This document shows positions 59,637 through 64,000 of a DNA stretch of 64,000 nt, piece by piece. Below the pieces are notes generated by a model that did no database searches, was not told the DNA's origin, and was given only the letters and a program-made list of their open reading frames with translations. This stretch comes from Lingula anatina. Taxonomy: Eukaryota > Animalia > Brachiopoda. Made by a program: the position numbers and the translations under genes. The stretch spans positions 7,440,001 through 7,504,000 of the forward strand of contig CM120641.1 in the NCBI GenBank assembly GCA_051362555.1, read 5' to 3'. Position 1 is the first letter of the stretch, and every line of letters begins with the position of its first letter.

Positions 59637-61836
59637 ACCATGTGTAGTAATTATGTTGGACTTTGCGTGTAGCTGATGACTGTCTGTGCCTCGTCTCTGC
59701 CCATCAGTGCTTTATACCTCAGTGTGAACAGTGGCAGAAAATCCATAATATATTGGCCAATAAGATATATATATATAATATACATGTATGGAGGAACTTT
59801 TACCCTCCCTGCCTGGTATGCCAGAATGGTACCTGGACCTGAACATGGATAGAAAATGTACAAAGAACTATGGATTAATGGAAGCTCCAAAGAAAATTTG
59901 GATACAAGTCAACGAGGTAGAATTGGGAATAATGCTTCTGCTTTTCAAGAGGAAAATAATTCAAGGTGCTGTGAATATTATATGTAGGCTGACTGTTTTT
60001 GAACATAGGTGCGAATGAAGTCAGAGTGCATTTAAGTAGTGCTGAAGCTTCACATTGTACATATTTTCTATGAGCTTTTTGTACTTTTCTTCTGTAGAAC
60101 TATCTATGCTTTCATTGCTTACTTTTTTTATGTAGACCAACTGGGTCAAGTAAGCAGTACAGTGGGTAACATAAGAAGGGTTCATGAACATCTTTTGAAC
60201 TTGGCATAAAGAAAGACAAAGCAGGATAGTGAAACTCTGAAAGCTAGAATTTCAGCATCTCATATTAAGAATTTTAGTATCTTGTATTAAGGTTGAAGAG
60301 ATGATTTACAGAATCATGCGAAATACATCAAGCTTCTGGTAGTATTTTGATGAGGTTGCAGTCCATACAACAATTTCATTTGTTTATATAAAGGTCTTTG
60401 TGCTACTCTTATGACTTACCAGCATAATGTAGTGCCATATGTAGCACAAGTATTGATGTCGAATCTGGCAGCAGTTGTTTACCAGAGTTTATAAAGTATG
60501 CAACTGGAGGCAAATCTGTTGTAGAACATTTTCCAACAATTATGTTTTATTCATATGTTATCATGCATGTAATTGTAAATATTATTAATGACTAAGATCA
60601 TTGATGTGCAAGAAAGTGTGAAAAGATCTTAATTATCCACAAGTTGTTTTTAAAAAGCTCAATTTAAACCAGTTTCTGTCATGTGTAGTTCAGTATAATT
60701 GATCCTATTACTTGAATTGTATCTTTTCCTTTGAGTGTGTCACAAAACTTTCTTAATGATTGAAATCCTGCTAGAAGGTCATCTAAGCACATCCCATTGC
60801 TGCCATTCAGCTCACCCAACACAATTGAGACCTCTAAGGGTACTCTCACAGTTTCTTTTTAAACTAGTCAAAAGTAAGGGTGATTAAGCACTTTATCATG
60901 CACTCATGATCTCATTGTGACAGTTCATACAATTTTATTGTATTGTATTGGGGTGTTTTAAAGAAAAGCATATGTAATTACATTTATATGCAAAATAGTT
61001 GCCAGGAAAGAAATACAAAAAACTCATTTCCAGAAATTTAAAGCCAATAGTGTGCTCATCTACTGCCTTGTGTTTCTGCAAAAGTGTCAAGAATTTTGAA
61101 ATAAATGCTCTAGAAATGTATTCTCTTTGGTTCTAATTTTATGGATGGGAAGAGAACAACTCAAAAAAGTTTGATAAATTTTAATAAAATCAAGTTGACA
61201 TGTTACATTAAGATGTACATATTTAAAAAAATGGATATGAAGAATTTTTATATAAATATTTGGAAAACCCAGCATCAATTCAACATTGCTTGGAATGTGT
61301 TATTATGGATATGTTTCATTTTAAGACTAGCTTATTGACTATAGAAACAAAATATTAGTAAAATCTGACTTACAGAAAAGGCTACTGCTACTATTGGTCT
61401 AATTATTGAGAAAAAAGTATCCATCAAATTTATTGCATATTTTCAGATATCATAACACGTGGAAGTTGATCAAATCAAATTTCAACTTTTGATGAAACCA
61501 TGGTGTATTATTTTTAAATAACATAACCGAGGTTCAAAACAATCTTGCTTTCATTTATGTTAAATAAAAAAAGGGACAATCAATACAAATTATTAATTAA
61601 ATAAAAACAAGATGAAATTTTACAGACACTTGATATAAAAAGGGGTTGAAAGATTTTACTCCAATGAGAAAAACATTTAATTTGGTATTAACAGAAATAA
61701 ACCTGTCTAATGACAATCAAAACATCATCTCTTGGAAGAAAGCTTCCTATTCGTTTCTACTTTCGTTTTTTTTAACAGCCTAATTCAAATATTTATTGAA
61801 GAAATATATCATTCCCTGATAGGTCAGAGCCAATGG

Positions 61837-62258
61837 TTATATTTTGGTGGTGATTTTAAAGTGAAAACTCTCCGAGTCCACTTCTAACTTCCCTATAAAT
61901 GGAACAAAGTTATACATATCCTCTCTACTTTTGAAGTTCATAACACTGCTCCTTAAGATTTCTGACAAGAAACAAAGTAGATACTGTTACAGTTGATGCT
62001 TACTTTTTGCTTTTATGAAAATCAGCTATTCATTTATTATGTATGAACAAATTGACTTTTGATATAACTATAGCATTACAAGAACAATAATGTTTAAGGC
62101 TTAGGATGCATTCACAACAGTGAATTACCTAGTCTAAAGATCAAATATGGCAACCCACTTAAAAGCTTGCCACATAATCCCCTAATAGACGCTGAATATT
62201 CCCCACGTAGATTATGCAACAAGCGTTCAAGTGGGTCAGCCATATTTGATCCACGAAT
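61837..62258 (-). CDS. Two terminal coding exons (62129-62258 and 61837-61961) of the right-hand gene
   Basis: ttaacAG|ATTCGT...CTAG|GTAATT and ttgtcAG|AAATC... join in frame as IRGSNMADPLERLL...FRL-E-ILRSSVMNFKSREDMYNFVPFIGKLEVDSESFHFKITTKI*. An AATAAA follows on the minus strand at 61792-61797. Confidence 0.55.
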
Positions 62259-62318
62259 CTGTTAATCTGCTGTTGTGAATTTGGCTTCAGAGTCTTCTCC
62301 ACCCCCCCCACCCCCGCC

Positions 62319-62486
62319 CAGGGGCGGATTTAGGCCGTCTTCTGGGTCTTCCGGAAGACGGTCAGATTTTCACGTTTACATTGACGGGTATCTAATTTTT
62401 CTTGTTGGAAGACGGTCAGAATTGGAGGATGAATCAACAAAGAAAATTTGGAAGACTGTCAGTAAATGGCTCTGGATCCGCCCCTG
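62319..62486 (+). mobile_element. ~170-bp hAT-like MITE
   Basis: Termini CAGGGGCGGAT...ATCCGCCCCTG; no clear 8-bp TSD. Confidence 0.65.
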
Positions 62487-62605
62487 CCGCTCCACCCTGT
62501 CACCTACACTTCTCCCATAGTAAGACCATGTAGTAAAATAATTCTTATTTTTATTCTATCTAGGCATTAGATAAATTTGTATCACATAGCTAAGGAAAAA
62601 ATTAC

Positions 62606-64000
62606 TTAGTATAGGACCTTCCCTGAACTCCAGTGTCCATTCATATTAGGGCCAAATTGCCAATTAGAGTCCAGTTCCTGGTGGGGAGATGCACCACCAT
62701 GATGCAAATCCCTTCCAGAATGATACTCATCATGGTAGCCTGGGTGTGATGGGTCACCATAGGCTGAAGCCTGCTTATTACTGGGATACCTGTCCTGAAC
62801 TTGTCCAGGGTGGGAAGACTCGCCAAAGTGGGAAGCCCGCTTATTACTGGGGTGTATGTCCTGAACTTGTCCAGGGTGGGAAGAATCATCAAAGTGGGAA
62901 GCCCGCTTATTACCAGGGTATCTGTCCTGTACTTGCCCAGGGTGGGAAGAATCATCAAAGTGGGAAGCCCGCTTATTACTGGGGTATCTGTCCTGCACTT
63001 GCCCAGGGTGGGAAGAATCATCAAAGTGGGAAGCCCGCTTATTACCAGGGTATCTGTCCTGTACTTGCCCAGGGTGGGAAGAATCATCAAAGTGGGAAGC
63101 CCGCTTATTACTGGGGTATCTGTCCTGCACTTGCCCAGGGTGGGAAGAATCATCAAAGTGGGAAGCCCGCTTATTACCGGGGTATCTGTCCTGCACTTGC
63201 CCAGGGTGGGAAGAGTCGCCAAATTGGGAAGCCAGCTTATTGCTAGAGTACCTTTCCCTTGATGGTTCACGTAGGTCATGTGGTTGATCCCAGGACATGT
63301 GGTGATCATGGGAAGCATGGTTATTCCCACTGCCAAATGCAGATCCATGGCTTCTGACATGTGGAGGGTCAAGGTATGAAGATCCTCTTTTAGAATGGGG
63401 CATTCGAGCAGCATCATCGTCATAAGCATGTCCATAACTTGGGTAGTCTGGTGATTCAGGATACATGGTTTCTTTTTTGGAAGGGGGTGAACGACCTGTA
63501 TGAGACTGACCCCCATGCTCTCTTGCTCCTTCTTCTGGTATATAATTCATTGGTGGGTGGTGATCAGCAGGATGATGGCCCCGTTTTTGAGGGGGCATAT
63601 CATAGCCAAATTCGTGCCTTGGCGGACTTTGATGCAGCATGGGATCATGCCCATAGGAGCTTCTCTTTGGTGGAGAAATCCCATAGCTCTGATCTCTTTT
63701 AGACGGGGTACGTTCGAGGACTGATCTTCTATGGGTATGTGGGGAAGGCATGGGTGAGCCTTCTTCCAAATAGGAAAACCTCTTCTGAGGAACCACTTCC
63801 CCCATGTAGTTATGGTGGGAGAAGTCTGGGCGAGGACTCGAGGAAAGGGGAGGAGAATTTCGATCTCTGCCTTGGAAATGTTCTTCACCCTGTGAACCTC
63901 TCATTGGTTGTTTATTGTAGCCAAAATTTCTGTTTCTATCATTTTCAAATCTTTCATTAGGAGAGGTGTAGAAAATGTCTCTGGGTTGACTGCGGTGATT
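62606..64000 (-). CDS. Large exon of an unidentified low-complexity H/S/P/D/R-rich protein with 22-aa tandem repeats; 5' part lies beyond the right edge
   Basis: The 432-aa ORF stays open for 32 more codons to the window edge (NHRSQPRDIFYTSPNERF...). It ends either at the in-frame TAA (62606-62608) or at a weaker donor after 62618. Confidence 0.75.
   Translation of the reverse strand, partial: NHRSQPRDIFYTSPNERFENDRNRNFGYNKQPMRGSQGEEHFQGRDRNSPPLSSSPRPDFSHHNYMGEVVPQKRFSYLEEGSPMPSPHTHRRSVLERTPSKRDQSYGISPPKRSSYGHDPMLHQSPPRHEFGYDMPPQKRGHHPADHHPPMNYIPEEGAREHGGQSHTGRSPPSKKETMYPESPDYPSYGHAYDDDAARMPHSKRGSSYLDPPHVRSHGSAFGSGNNHASHDHHMSWDQPHDLREPSRERYSSNKLASQFGDSSHPGQVQDRYPGNKRASHFDDSSHPGQVQDRYPSNKRASHFDDSSHPGQVQDRYPGNKRASHFDDSSHPGQVQDRYPSNKRASHFDDSSHPGQVQDRYPGNKRASHFDDSSHPGQVQDIHPSNKRASHFGESSHPGQVQDRYPSNKQASAYGDPSHPGYHDEYHSGRDLHHGGASPHQELDSNWQFGPNMNGHWSSGKVLY
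62740..63262 (-). repeat. 66-bp coding tandem repeat, about 8 units (DRYP[G/S]NKRASHFDDSSHPGQVQ)
   Basis: ccagggtgggaag recurs every 66 bp; the first and last units are degenerate. Confidence 0.95.

Noticed and set aside
62641-63516. Alternative-frame and antisense ORFs across the 66-bp repeat
   Set aside because: A stop-free repeat unit divisible by 3 keeps several frames open. Only the 432-aa frame extends well beyond the repeat on both sides.

Overview
AT-rich, intron-dense animal genomic DNA. The repeat types and protein style suggest a marine invertebrate, probably a mollusc or other lophotrochozoan (inference). There are three genes. (1) An axonemal dynein heavy chain best matching DNAH6 on the minus strand, with its ATG at 42687 and dozens of GT-AG exons running off the left edge after AAA6. 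(2) A complete 348-aa tropomodulin on the plus strand (CDS 54141-59636), apparently sharing a small CpG-rich head-to-head promoter (~43270-43620) with the dynein. (3) The 3' end of an unidentified low-complexity His/Ser/Pro/Asp-rich gene on the minus strand carrying a 66-bp coding repeat. The introns hold several non-autonomous transposons. The most striking is an 8.2-kb Helentron/HINE-type element (13572-21744) with a second copy of the same family inserted inside it in the opposite orientation. Together they carry ~40 units of a 146-bp satellite, nearly all with a perfect nuclear-receptor DR1 site, and the outer element ends 11 nt from a dynein splice acceptor. Also present are a 3.3-kb TA-flanked TIR element, a second satellite-bearing HINE, a near-perfect palindromic PIF/Harbinger-type MITE and hAT-like MITEs. 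No rRNA, tRNA, CRISPR array or intact transposase was recognised. All calls were made by eye, with no database searches.
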